DNA of 64,000 nt, from contig CM068773.1 of the NCBI GenBank assembly GCA_035084275.1, forward strand, positions 1,798,001 to 1,862,000, given 5' to 3'. Position numbers and translations under genes: made by a program. The notes below the pieces were generated by a model. It was not told the DNA's origin, ran no database searches, and saw nothing but the letters and a program-made list of their open reading frames with translations. This document shows positions 43,575-56,877 of the stretch, in pieces (positions within the stretch are counted from its first letter, which is position 1; each line of letters begins with the position of its first letter). This stretch comes from Hydrolagus colliei (lineage: Eukaryota).

Positions 43575-43885
43575 TACTAGTCCTTGTATTTGATGTAGAG
43601 ATTTAAACATCTTTTCGATGCCTCAAAGCGCTGCATAGAATATCCCAAAGTGAAAATATGGCAAAGTGAATTGACTGTATATTTATTAGTGGGTGAAACG
43701 CTTCAGTCAATTGCGCACAGCAGTGTCCCACTAACAGTCGTGGGATGAAATGACCAACTGTGTTTTTTGAGGGATTATTGTCAGGTGTGTGGAGTCAGGA
43801 AAGTTGCCGAAGGCTTTGCCTTGCAAGGATTCAAACCCGGGTCGCTCACTTGGGAGGTGAGTGCTCTGAACACTGAGCTGCATTT
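43575..43885 (-). mobile_element. tRNA-derived SINE
   Basis: Reverse complement of the same family (CAGCTCAGTGTTCAGAGCAC head, GGTTTGAATCC). Confidence 0.65.
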
Positions 43886-44024
43886 CTCTACATGCCTTAT
43901 TTTAGACTCTATTACATTAATAGTGCACCCAACCTCCTAACCCATCTTTCTGTTTCATATGCTAACCGACCCACCTATAGTACCTTGTAAGGAATTTTAA
44001 GGAATGATTTTCCATTGAAGTTAT

Positions 44025-44953
44025 TAGGTTGCATTTCTGTCCGACATTGAGTCCTGGACGAGGGACAACTTCCTCCAATTGAACGTGAGTAAGACCGAGG
44101 CCCTCCTGATCGGCTCAAGCCAGCGCCTCCGCACATCGGGCACTGCCAGCCTCAACATCCAAGGCTGTACTCTCCACCTCACAAAGCCAGTCAGGAACCT
44201 CGGCATCACGTTCGACCAAAAACTCTCCTTCCTCCCCCACATCCGTGCCTTGACCGGCACCGCTTACTTCCACCTGCGCAACATTGCCAGGCTCCGCAAC
44301 TATCTTACCCCCCGCGCTGCCGAAACACTCGTGCATGCGTACATCACCTCAAGGCTGGACTACGGAAACTCTCTCCTCGTCGGCCTCCCCAGTTCCTCCA
44401 TTCACAGGCTGCAGGCCATCCAAAACTCTGCAGCCCGTGTATTATCCCGCACCCGCCTCCGCGACCATATAATCCCCACCCTCGCCCGTCTCCACTGGCT
44501 CCCCATCCTCCAGAGGATCGAATTTAAGATCCTCGTCCTCACTTTCAAGACCTTACACGGCCTTGCCCTGCCCTATTTAACCAATTTACTCTCCCCCTAC
44601 AAGCCCACCCGGTCCCTCCGTTCAGCAGGACTTGGCCTGCTCCAAGCCCCCCGCCCGAACCGCCCCACCATCGGAGGCCGGGCCTTCAGTTTTTTTGCTC
44701 CGACCCGATGGAATGCCATCCCTCAATCCCTCCGTCTCGTTTCTTCCCTTTCCTCTTTCAAGGCCGGTTTGAAGACTTTCCTCTTCGACCGTGCCTTTTG
44801 TTCCACCTCGCATTTTTCGACCTCCCCTACGTGTTTCACCCCTTCCCGAACACCCCCCTCCCAGCTCGGGTCACACGCCTCCTGTGCAGCGCCTTGGGAC
44901 GTCCTCCCGACGTGAAAGGCGCTTTCTAAGTGTAATTTGTTGTTGTTGTTGTT
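44025..44953 (+). mobile_element. L2 LINE, 5'-truncated
   Basis: NFLQLNVSKTE, FHLRNIARLR, SRLDYGNSLL, LHWLP, GGRAFS motifs; (TTG)n tail. Confidence 0.9.
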
Positions 44954-45040
44954 GCATTGCGATTCAGACATTGTTACCATATTATAGCTCAAACCACAGG
45001 GTGCTACTTGCTTATTTATGTCGAAGTCAGATAAGATGGT

Positions 45041-45680
45041 AAAAACAAAAGTAGCTGGGCAAACTTAGCAGGTCAAGCAGCATCCATGGAGAAAAGAAAA
45101 AGAGTCAACGTTTCAATGTGAATGTGAGTCAACCTCAGAGGCTGATCTTTCGATCCATGGTTTCCCGCGCTGCTCCAGTGACTCACAGCGAAAGCTTGAG
45201 GAACAGCACCTCATCTATCTACTGGGGACACTACAGCCGTCTGGTCTCAACATTGATTTCAGGCCATAGGAGTTTCCCCCCCCCCCCTCCCCCCATCACA
45301 ATCATACCTCCAGACACCCCCTGGCTCTCTGGTGTTTTGTTTATTCTATCACCACTAAACACCTCTTCTCCCCAGTTTCGTTGAAGCCCACTCCCTTCTG
45401 TTTCTCCCCCTGAAGCCATCAATACATATTCAACCCATCAGTTAACACACTCTATTTTCCTTTTGTCTTCTTTGTCTCTTTTGTCTTCCATGTCCTGCCT
45501 CTCCCCCTTTAATGTCCTTAAGAAACCTTTCCAATCAAGCCCCAGTTCTGACGAAGGGTTGTAGACCCAAAACGTTGACTCCTCTTCCTTTCTCCATGGA
45601 TGCTGCCTGACCTGCTGGGTTTCCCCAGCTACTTTTGATTTTGTTTCAGATTCCCAGCATCTGTAGTATTTTGTGTTTTG
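45041..45680 (+). mobile_element. Penelope-like element 3' fragment with inverted pLTR arrangement
   Basis: 45041-45113 inverted versus ~45569-45645; RKLEEQHLI...GTLQPSGLNIDF (GIY-YIG region C-terminus, frameshifted); CTGACGAAGGG...CCCAAAACGTT motif. Confidence 0.75.
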
Positions 45681-45737
45681 TCAGATAAGATGGTGAGTGG
45701 AAGCACATTCTTTCTGTTGTAATGGTTTAATAATATA

Positions 45738-46554
45738 CTGGTACCCCCAATTTAGGATGCTTCTATTTAGGACATTTCGATTGAACAAACAAGATTTTTT
45801 AACCTCTTTGTATCGATATAGGACACTTGGTTTCATTTTAACGAACAAAATTATCTTTTTGCGCAGACGCAGTACATATTGCCGTGTCCTTTTAGTCCAT
45901 ATGCACAGTCCATAGTGTGTTTGTGGGTAAATCACGCTCGCACCTGATACGGTGTATCCAAGCATTTGAACTGGCCAATAGCATGTCACTACTTCATGGT
46001 TTAAAAGCCAGCTGATTTTGAAGTGACACCATGCCAGTATTACAGTAATTTCCGAACATTCCCGAGCAATTTCGAGCGATTTACAGCCTCTACCATGTAA
46101 AAGAGAGCAGTAAGTGAAATGAGCAGCAGTAATATCGTTAGCGGCAAGAGATCCTCCAAAGTCATCACTTTAAATACTATATTGGAGGTGATAAAGCGCA
46201 TCGAGTCTGGCAAAAAAGGTATGGAAGTCGGGAGGGCTTTAGGGCTAGCTAGATCAACGGTGGCTACTATAAAACAGAATAAGGACAATATATTGGCAAG
46301 TTCACGGTGTGTTACAGCTACGGGTGCAAGCAGATTATCAAAACATAGGACTGTATTAAAGTTTGCCATTATTAAACTACAATACTGTACAGTTATCCCT
46401 TCTTGCCTGTGTATTATTTAGTGGGTTTAAGGTCTGACAATTTTGTTAAAAGGACGTATCTCAGGTTATACAATGGGACTTCATGTGAAACCGCGTTTCG
46501 ATCTGAGTACCGTTTTTCAGGAACGCAACCCCGTCTTAAGTAGAGGTTTACCTG
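45738..46554 (+). mobile_element. Tigger/pogo-like DNA transposon, internally deleted
   Basis: TA flanks, degenerate CAGGT-type TIRs, CENP-B-type HTH fragment (ITLNTILEVIKRIESG...GLARSTVATIKQNKDNI) at 46119-46360. Confidence 0.75.
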
Positions 46555-46949
46555 TATAATAATAAATCACAATATACCGAGTGTCTGTGGATCTATATAC
46601 TGTATAGTGTGTGTATCTTAGTGATAAATTGAATCCTTCCTGCCAAAACACGATTGATCTTTTCCAGGTTTTACAGTTTATTCTCCCAGTATTTTACCAT
46701 TTTTGTACATCTGCAATAAGTAAATATTTTAAATAAATAGTGGAATGCAGTAAGTTATTTGAACCATTCACTGCATTGTTTAAGAGATTAGGGTAGAATT
46801 TGTGGAATATTGGTAATATATTCAAAAGCGTGCTATATCACATTCAAGGATCATTATTTTATTATAATGATGAACTACATGAAATCTAGCGATATAGTAC
46901 ATTGAGCATAATCACCATGAAGAGGAAATTCAAACACTAATGAAGAAAG

Positions 46950-47132
46950 AAAAACACAATACTGCAGATGCTAGAAATCTGAAACCTAAAACAGAAGTTG
47001 CTGGGAACATCAGGTCAGGCAGCATCTAGCGAGAAAGGAAAAGTGAGTCAACGTTTTGAGTCCATGACTCTTCATCAGAAGAAGGGTGATAGACCCTCAG
47101 TAACCTGCTGCTGAGTGTTTTCAGTGACTTCT
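46950..47132 (-). mobile_element. Penelope-like pLTR fragment
   Basis: Reverse-complement similarity to 45546-45680. Confidence 0.65.
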
Positions 47133-47467
47133 AAAGATGAAGAAAGATTGCATTGATTCTAAAATTGGAATAAAATAATAATCCTTGCATTTGATATAAT
47201 GCTTTACACTTCTTTGGGCAGTTCTGTGGAGATTTATACTCAAGGTATAAACTCACGATGTTTAACTCGATGTGCTCTACAGAACTTACAGTTCTTTTAA
47301 CTGGTCATTAACCTCCAAAAATAATGTGTTTTGTGATAATTTCACGTGAACATTTACAATCCATCTTTTGACAATAAAACAGACTTTGCCCATTAACCAT
47401 AAACATGTGTTTACATCATTTTAACAAGGCCAACTTTGTTTTTTGCTGTCTGAAAGCTTGTATGAAT

Positions 47468-48010
47468 ACTCAGCTGGAGCAATATGTAGTAAGGCTGGGA
47501 TTTTGGCTGCAGTTGGGATACCAAGGATGTGATCAGTGCCTTTCTGTACAAAGGATGAATGTCTGGGATTTGCTGGCATCTGTTATTGTCGGTGGTTTTA
47601 AAGCTGATTGCCACGACTCCTTCATTACCCACATCTGAGTCCGTATTACATTTGTAACCATATATTGCTGTTCTATTCAGGCTCAGAGCCATTTGATGTG
47701 CAGACACTTTAACCTTTACTTTCTCCAGTAAGTCCTCAGGCCCTTTTACATCCTGTACAGGGAGCATGCATGCTGCCAAAAATAATATCTTAATTTTGAA
47801 TACCAACGTTGTTCTTTCCTCAGCCGCTAAAATGTGTTTTGCTGTGGTATAGGTCGGCCAATGGGAATATTCTGTTTAGCAGAACTAATTCTGCTCTCTT
47901 GAGGCTTTGATGGGTGATTGGAAGGCTGATAAACATCAGAACATCTTGAGTAATATTTTGATATCTACACTAGCAGCTCCCTGTAAAAATGCTTCATTAT
48001 TCACTTCATC
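47468..48010. repeat. ~540-bp direct repeat, copy A
   Basis: Aligns end to end with 50267-50811, high but imperfect identity. Confidence 0.88.
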
Positions 48011-48129
48011 TGCAGAAAAAAAGATAAAGATGTCTGTGGTGCAAGACGTCCAAAACAAATTCCTTTGGCATTGAGCAATCGTTCTGCATCAATTAATGCA
48101 ACAGTAGCACTCAACAGCAACTTACATTA

Positions 48130-48880
48130 CAGGGAAGAACCAGGAAGGCTGACGTGAAGGGAATTTCCATAGTCGAGCCTGGATGTGATGAATGGGTAGA
48201 CGAGGGTTTCAGCAGCCTGAGGGGTGAGGCAGTGGCAGAGTCTGGTGATGTTGCAAGGTGGCGGAAAGCAGTACTGATCATGGAGCAGATGTGGAGGAGG
48301 AAGGACAGTTCAGGGTCGAATCAGATGGCCAGGTTCCTGACTGGCTTAGAGAGGAGGAGAGTGCAGCCTTGGATGCTGATGGTATTAACTGTCTGGCATG
48401 TGTGGAAACCCACCATCATGCTTAAATATCAGTCTGGTTCGAATTCGGTTGAAGCACGATGATGGGTTGCCATATAGGACAGAACAAAACCACTAAAAAG
48501 AATGAGGTTACAATCTAAGGAAGAGATGCTTCAGATGTTTTTGTATCCATAATTGCTTGATACAGTCTCATTCTCTCCACTGGATCAGTCACTGCCCCGC
48601 TCAAAACCTCATCACCCCCCTCCTTAAAAAACCCTCCCTAGATCCCTCAAACCCTAGCCACTACTGCCCTATTTCTAACCTGCCCTTCCTTTCAAAGGCA
48701 CGGGAATGCGTTGTTGCAAACCAACTCCGTGCCCACCTCTCCTCCCACTCCCTCTTTGAACCCCTCCAGTGTCTGCCCTGCCCACAGTACAGAGACTGCG
48801 CTTGTGAAAGTCACAAACGACGTCCTCTCTATCTGAGACCAGGGCTCCCTCTGCCTCCTTAAACACTGTCTCAACCAGTG
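48130..48880. mobile_element. Degenerate L2 fragments in both orientations
   Basis: ITPLLKKPSLDP...PISNLPFLSK on plus (48590-48870); L2-like sequence on minus (48130-48380). Confidence 0.65.
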
Positions 48881-49021
48881 TTTGGAAGGAAGATCAACAT
48901 GCTTTGTGAGTGCCCACTCACAAAGTGGTAAAACAAAATGACCAAACAGAAGCTGTGTGATGGAATGTGTACTTGTTTAATAGAAAATTAGGAAGAAATA
49001 ACCAAACATTTTATCGTGCAG

Positions 49022-49222
49022 CTGGCATAATTCATAAGATGGATGACACCCCTGAGGTATGCAGACTGATGCCAGAAGTGGGCCGTTGCAGAGCTACAAT
49101 GAAGAGATTCTTCTTCAATGCTTTCTCTCAGAAATGTGAACTGTTTTACTACGGAGGATGTGGTGGGAATGGAAATAATTTTTACTCCATTGAAGGATGT
49201 TTGGCTAAGTGCACAGCCACCG
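49022..49222 (+). CDS. Kunitz/BPTI domain exon (SPINT2/TFPI2-like; P1 = Arg)
   Basis: CRLMPEVGRCRATMKRFFFNAFSQKCELFYYGGCGGNGNNFYSIEGCLAKC has all six Cys; AG acceptor at 49020-49021, GTATGT donor at 49223; 201 nt, phase 1-1. Confidence 0.9.
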
Positions 49223-50266
49223 GTATGTACCATTTCAGAGCCCTGGAACGTTCTTCCAAAGTGAAAGGTGCTCTTTCAATGTAATGTTGTTGTTATATAC
49301 TGTATCTGTCTGACCAACATTTTTTCCAGTCAAACACACACTGTGCTATAAAAGATCATCCAAACCATATAGTCTTGGGGTTTGGTGCACTTTGAGAGAA
49401 CAAAATAATACATCAAAATAGATATGAGTTCTTCCTTTTGCTCTTTTTAAACCCATGTGACCCTGTTTACCGAATGCCCGGTCAATGAAAGTTCACTATA
49501 ACGAAGGTTTCTATTTGTACCACTTATCTGCTTAACAAACAAACAAAACGTACATGTCCTCTCGACGCCTTTCACGTCGAGAGGACATCCCAAGGCTGCA
49601 TTCGCTTGAACAAATGTTTACACGCACTTTAAATCTCGCGGGCTTCTCATGGGCAGCATTTTCTGGTTGGCCAGCAATCTGCCGCTTAATCTCCTCCCAT
49701 ATTGTGCGGGCTGCACTGCTTCGTGGCTCCAATAATAGTAAGTCGCGGACTGTCTGTATTTTATTCTTCATTGTTGAATTTACTGAAATTTTAATATTTT
49801 AATATTTTACTGTTTACTGTTTTATTTTACTGTTGTATTTAAAGTTGTGCAGCCTTCAATAGCAGTTATATCCACCTTAGGCCTTCACTAGTACAGGTTG
49901 AGCCCGGGTTCGGGTATTTCTGGACTTTGGAATTCCAGAAGCGCGTCACGAGTCCGGAAATGCCTGGGCCCAGGTTGCGATATTTCGGTGCGGTGACTGA
50001 AGACCTGGCATGGAGCAGCAGGATTGGCGTTATTATTCTTGCATTTATTGTCATATTCCGGATTTTGGCCGCTCAACCTGTACACCGAAAATGTTAGCTC
50101 CAGGAACTGCTAGGAACTAAACTGATTTTAGCGGGGAGGCTCGGGTTGCGGCGGCGTTTTGGCTGCGTCCAAATACAGTAATACAGTTAAACTCTCACTT
50201 AACTAAATTTTCACTTAACGAAGGGTTTTAAAGACCCTAACTCCTTTGTTAAGCGGGTTCTACCTG

Positions 50267-50811
50267 TACTCAGCTGGAGTAATTAATATATGGTAAGGCC
50301 GGCATTTTGCCTGCAGTTGGAATACCGAGTACCATGAGTGACTTTCTGTACAAAGAATGAACGTCTGTGATTTGCTGGCATCTGTTATTGTCAGTGGTTT
50401 TAAAGCCGATTGCCACGACTCCTTCATCACCCACATCTTGAGTCTGTAACATCTGTAACTATAGATTACTGTTCTATTCAGGCTCAGAGCCATTTGATGT
50501 ACAGACACTTTAACCTCTACTTTCTCCAGTAAGTCTTCAGACCCTTTTACATTCTGTGTAGGGAGCATGCATGCTGCCAAAAATAATATCTTTATTTTCA
50601 ATACCAATGTTGTTCTTTCCTCAGCCACTAAAATGTGTTTTGCTGTGGTATAGGTTGGCCAGTGGCAATATTCTGTTTAGCAGAACTAATTTTGTTCTCT
50701 TGAGGCTTTGATGGGTGATTGGAGGGCTGATAAACATCAGAACAACTCGAGTATTATTTTGATATCTACACCAGCAGCTCCCTGTAAAAATGTTTCATTA
50801 TTCACTTCATC
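50267..50811. repeat. ~540-bp direct repeat, copy B
   Basis: Aligns with 47468-48010. Confidence 0.88.
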
Positions 50812-52356
50812 GATTTGCTATGTGATAAATGGGGGCTGTTTAACTTCCACAGGAATTCCCAGTGATTTGTGTTTTAAAGCTTCATTAATCTGTTCAGATT
50901 TGCTGTTATTGGTAGGTTACATGTGATGGCTAAACTCAGTTTGGATGAAAATGAGGGAAAAACGGCTTACCTCCATGAGACCAAATTCAGACTACAGTAT
51001 TGCTTTTGTGACGAATTATTATAGTGTCTTAGCAATGAAAATAAGAGAATGTGTATTTCTGTAGTTTTCATGGTAACACTGTGAGCTAAAATGTATTAGT
51101 GGGTATGATTAGGTTCTGTATGAATATTGCAATTACAAGGAATTCATCTTTAAATAAAATGGTTAGCCACAAAGTTGGACATCGTAAAAAAAATCTTGTT
51201 GACTTAGAAAGCACTCACAGAACATTAACATTTTCCTATGTTTCTTTGTAAACTTTGAATGTATATACAATATTAGGACAATATCGATACTTTAGAACAT
51301 TGCTTCCTCTCACTGATCTCAATGTTCTCACACGGTATTGTTTCTTATGCTTCATGTACAATTCTGCACTACTGTCTATGATGAAGTCAAATTGCTGTAA
51401 GTAACGTGGCTGAATGGTTTGATGTAACATATTACTGTGAGCTAATGCAAATACTAATATACTAATACTGTACAAATAATTATTAACAGTGCCAACAAGC
51501 AAATTAGTATTTCCCCGCATGAATATTCCATATCCACACCATTTTTAATTAGTTATGAACACATTTACTGACTCATTTTTGTGTGATTATTATGTTAGAA
51601 ATAAAACAACTGCAGTAATGTTAATGGAGGGACTTAAAGCATTCACTGATTCTATTCAGATATGGCCACGTAAAGATTCACTATGATGAACGGCCAGTTT
51701 TATCGCAGTTGGAGTGTGGAGGGAGAAGTATTCACCTGGACAATAGGGTCCGTCGATATGGAAATTTTCCGATTTAGATATATCGATGGGCTCATATCGA
51801 GATATACCGAAATATCGATATATTCGGGGTTTTCGTACTGCGCATGCAGTAATATATTTTTTTTATTTTTACATTGCAGAGGACGAAGTTCAATTATGAA
51901 TGTTATGTCTGTGGAAGGTTGTGTTGGATGATGGAGATGAAGCAATGGATAACAGTGAGTGATTACAAGTCCCTTATAAAACAGAGGTATTGGATGACAA
52001 TATACAAAAGTGATGTTTCAGTAGCATATAAATTATAGCACCTCCTCCTGATTTACAAGATTGGATTACAACCTTGAATCCAAATCACTCTCTGCAAATA
52101 AGTTATACTTTTCATAACACATTCTGGCCATGTTTTACAAAACATTTTTAACCGGTGACCTTGAATCTGGGAAAAAGTCGTTCTGACATATTTTACGTCA
52201 ATGAAAAATGTGGTGTGCGATGTGATTATCATCGCCAGAAATTATTATCACAAGGTGCTGCATTTTTCATGTTTCACTGTTAACGTTACACTTTAAAAAC
52301 AATACGTGTTTATGGGTCTCAGGTTGATCAAAGGTAAGTTTTGAAATGCTGCCTTT

Positions 52357-52692
52357 GAGTCCTGTAGCATAGTGGTTAGTGTGCTCACCTTGCAAGTAAA
52401 AGGACCAGGGTTCGATTCACAGGCAGGGCGAAACTTTAGGCAGGTTTCCTTAAGCTATATACCTCTGTATACCTAGCAGTAAATAGGGGTAATAAAGCTC
52501 TCCAAAAAACAATTGGTTGCTCAATCCACGACAGTTTGTGAGACACTGCTGTAAACAATTGGCTCCCTCATTTTGCCCACAAAATACACATTCAATCCAG
52601 TTTGGATTATATTCTGTGAAGTGCGTTGAGATGGCTCAACAATGTGATGAGATACTGTATGAAATGTAAGGATTATTATTATTATTATTATT
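52357..52692 (+). mobile_element. tRNA-derived SINE
   Basis: TAGCATAGTGGTTAG A box, GGTTCGATTC B box, (TTA)n tail. Confidence 0.75.
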
Positions 52693-55600
52693 TGAATTGT
52701 TTTGTGGCTTTCAGAGGTCAGCTGGCATTCCCAGAATGGAATTTATTTCCCTGTTTTAATTTTATTTCCATTTTTGCTTTCTGTAGTTTGTCAATGCAAC
52801 CTAGAATATCGTGATATCATCCTAACTGAATCAACAACAACAATAAAGAATCATTAAACATGGAATTGCGAATACCAGTGAACAGTTGCAAGCCTACAAT
52901 CAAATTGTTGGAATTCACTTGACATTACAAAATCCAAACTTGATTTATAATCAGGGTCTGAACCTACAATTAAATTACATCCTTCAATTTTCTGGCACCT
53001 TCTTAAATATAATGTACACTGTTTTGATTATGCCTCTTTCCCCACGCAGTACTCTCCATTTATTTGATGATGGTACTTTCACAGAGGTTTTTAATATAGC
53101 ACAAGTCAACTGTTTTATTACTGCATTGCTGTTATTTGTGCTTCGAAACAGATCATAGTTAAATTGGGAGCCATCAACCTATACATGTGCTGTTGGGCAT
53201 CTAAGAAAATGTAAATACAGTACTATTACATATGGAACTGGTGCCTAAAATGTTAAAGTTTCAGTGTGTTGCCAAGTGAAATGTGAATGATTAAAAAGCT
53301 CACGAGATGTTTAATCTTTCCAACTGCCTCTGCAGTTAGCAGCATTTCTCATAGTCACTGTACAGTAAATCCTGTGAAACACTTTAAGACGTCCTTCCAA
53401 CATATTCAAAAATAATAATAAATTGGTCACTTCAATCCACGGCTGTTTGTGGGACACTGCTGTGTGCAATTGGCTGCCGGTTTTCACCCACAAAATATAG
53501 TCAATTCACTTTACAGTAAAGTAAATGTGCTTTGTGATGTCTCGAACACTTGTTAAGGCGTTATATCAACTGCAAGGATTATTATTGATGATTAAAGATG
53601 ATTAATATAATACCAGTCTGAGTTTGAGTTTTCCTATCCCTCCCTTCTCTCATTTCCTCCAGGTCTCCTATGATCCTAGGTGCTGGATTATCTCACAGCT
53701 CCACAACAGTTGCAATGTAGGGAGTGGGAAGAAAGCATGATTGTCTAGCACTGTTAGTTAAACTATTGATGCCATGTTTTGCCATCAGCTTGTGACTGGC
53801 TCAGGTGTTGGGGAAGAATGAAATGCTATCTTCCTTCCAGTGGGCAGGCATCTCGCAGCAAGCATATATTTTTCAATTATTTTTTCATCTCCCTTTGCCT
53901 GTTGCTGCTTGCCGTGTGATGTCGCCCACAAATATACAGTCAATACACTTTACAGTATATGCTGTGAAGCACTTTGTGACATCCAGAAGATGTGAAAAGC
54001 GCTTTCAAAATGCAAGGATTATTATTATAAAGTTCTCATTGTGCAATCAAACCGATCCCTGGTTATGAAAAATTTTCAGAGCAGTTACATGGATGAAACC
54101 GAAGCAGGTGTGTAAAATATGTAAGTTTTAGTGAATCACAAAGTGAAATGTAAATGACTAAAAAGCTCACTGGATTGTTAATTGATGCAACTGCCTCTGC
54201 AGTTGGCAGCATTCCCTCCACGTATCGTAAAACATTAAGTTACTTTCTACAACGTGCAACCTAAAATGTTATATTTGAGAGTCATTCACTCACTTGTGTC
54301 CGTGCTGTTATAAATTGCTGCCAAGTGCGTTAAACACTGGCATCTCTGTAAAGATGTCCAGGGAAAATGTCAAACAAATTCAAGAGGCAATGATTGAGGA
54401 GTAAGAGTAATGCAGTGTGTTTTGTGATGTCTATTAAATGGTAAAGGGAATGTCAGGACATGGCCCCAACATTGTTTTTTTTCCAATTAGAATGAGGCTA
54501 TTGCTCACTGTACTGAACGTTATAAGTGGCTGTCACTCACCCACAAAGATCAGAAAATGGCAACTTGAGTATAATTAAAATTTCAGTGTCAACACAAATA
54601 CGAAACAGACAAAATATTGCAGTCTTCAGAATATCAGGATTTATTCCACAGTCATCCTAATGTATGTTAGGTACTGTATCTATATTTCGCATATGCACAT
54701 TAAAATCCTGTGAACTGCTTTGGGATGTCTTGATGATGCGATAAGGTGGTATACAAACATTGAGAATTATTCATCTAATTCCATCTCACCACTTTATTGA
54801 ATGATCAATTCAGCTATCTTCAGAATAAGCCCTCATCTGTATTGTCCATCATATCACATATATATAATATATATATATTTATAGCTCATCAATATTATCT
54901 ATCTAAACAATCTATTTTGTCCATCTATATTGTCGGGAGGTCCTCCAGACATGAAAGGCTCTATATAAAAATAATTTGTTGTTGTTGTTCATTCAATATA
55001 TTTAATCCTAATATTCTACTGCATGTTTATGAATTATTCTACTTCCCATAGAAGAGAGGCCCTTCTTGTTAGCTTTGTGTCAATTAGTGAGCAGGTATGG
55101 CTGGAAAATCCTGGATAAAACTGTAAATTCATTTTAGGTACAGGTTTTACAGTCAACTGATAGAACATATTCATCTTAAAAGTCTAGACTGGATTTAAAT
55201 CTACTTCCATTGTTGGAATGAAGTGTGTGAAATAAAGTATGTTAACTCAGTACATTAATTACAGTTAATTGTACTTATATGAAACTTTTCCTTATTAGGA
55301 AAATGTCTCAAAGCGCCTCATGGAGAAGTAGAATCCTGAGCAGGGTGGGATGGAGGTAATTAAAGATATACTGTAATTAGTCAAAGAGGCAGGTAGGATT
55401 TTGAGATGGAATGCAGAGATGCAAGGTGCAAGGAGGAATGATTTATAGTGATAAATCATCTGAAAGACATCACTTCTAATAATGGAGATTTCCCCCAACA
55501 GCATTGAGTCAAAGTGTCAGCTTCGATTGTGAACTCAGAGGCCTTGACGTGGGCTAGAACATGCCTGGGTTCTGGTCAAAAATTGGTCGAAAGCATGACT

Positions 55601-56877
55601 CCGGTAATGAAGCAGTGGGAATAGTGAAGACAACTCATTTGCTGACACTGTGACACCATGCACAGCTCACTGCAACATCAGTGTCATTTTTAATAAGGGG
55701 GTGGAGCCATGGAAACATGATGAAAACTTTTTAAGAGACAATGATGGTTAACTTTGTGCCCAGTAATATATTTTCAAGGGATAATAATATTTTCAAAGCA
55801 TTTGCAAATTACATTCTCAGTCTTGATTTGTAGAATTCAGTCTTCTTCTGCAGTTCGAACATTAAAAGAATTGGCAATAAATCTATGAAGAACTAGGCTA
55901 CTGAGTAACATCATTGTAAAAAACAGTCATTATTTTCACAAGCTGAATGGCTTCGATATGGTTTTATTCTTCCTGTTGAATGACTCTGTCATTTACATAG
56001 TGCAGTCGTGAGCTCAGGATGAGAAACCATTTCCTTTGAGAAATCTTAACATTTCCTCTATTAATTTGGAACTGTTTCATCAATTGGAGCCAGCAGGAGG
56101 AGACATCAGGGTCTACAGCAGATATGTATTTCTCACTATAAATCTTAATGGTGTATTCTCACACCATTAAGAGAATAGGTCTCACATTCACAAAATGCCT
56201 GGCATGTTACAAATTGCTCCATTTAGACCTCTATCAACATATATAGAACATGGAAATGTCCCAAACGCATGCTTCTGTGTGCAGCTTCCCAATGCACAGA
56301 TATCTGCAAGCTAGTACTGCCGCTGATGGAATCCGTTTGATGGGTAGGAACCTTCATGAACTCAATTGGAGTATAATGGTCAATAGCATTTCAAAAAGTA
56401 TTTCACAAGAAATATTTAGAATGAAAGCAGATTCCATATCAGGACTCCAGTATTTCACCACCAATTAACTACAAAATGTATTATTTATTATTTTTCATAC
56501 TGTAGAGATGTAAGCCCGGCTCAACCGGTAGCACGCTCACCTTGCTGTCAGAAAGTTGCGAGTCCAAGCCCCACAATGAGACTTTGAGTTCATAGCGTCT
56601 TCTAGGCTGACTCCCCTCCATGCGGTGATGGTTTCGCCCGTTACACTTTCAGAATTCAATTTCGCTTCAATTATTTTTCCATACTTGTTTAAAATCTATT
56701 AATTAAAGATACTGTAATGAACATATCATTACCTTTTAATACAGACTAATAAAGTCATCAACATGGCCTATAAATTAGATATGTCCTCTATTTGCGTATT
56801 GCGGGGGAAAGAGTATCATGCACGTGTGGTGAGGGATGGGGATAGAAAGCAGTTATGTCTATGTGTAGGGTAATGAG

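Noticed and set aside
47411-50628. 131-aa and 122-aa minus-strand ORFs in the direct repeats
   Set aside because: Frames differ between copies and no domain is recognisable
51742-51850. CGATAT-rich segment resembling a hAT end
   Set aside because: No partner TIR or TSD found
56143-56172. 12-bp-stem hairpin TCTTAATGGTGT-ATTCTC-ACACCATTAAGA
   Set aside because: Isolated and short, with no supporting context
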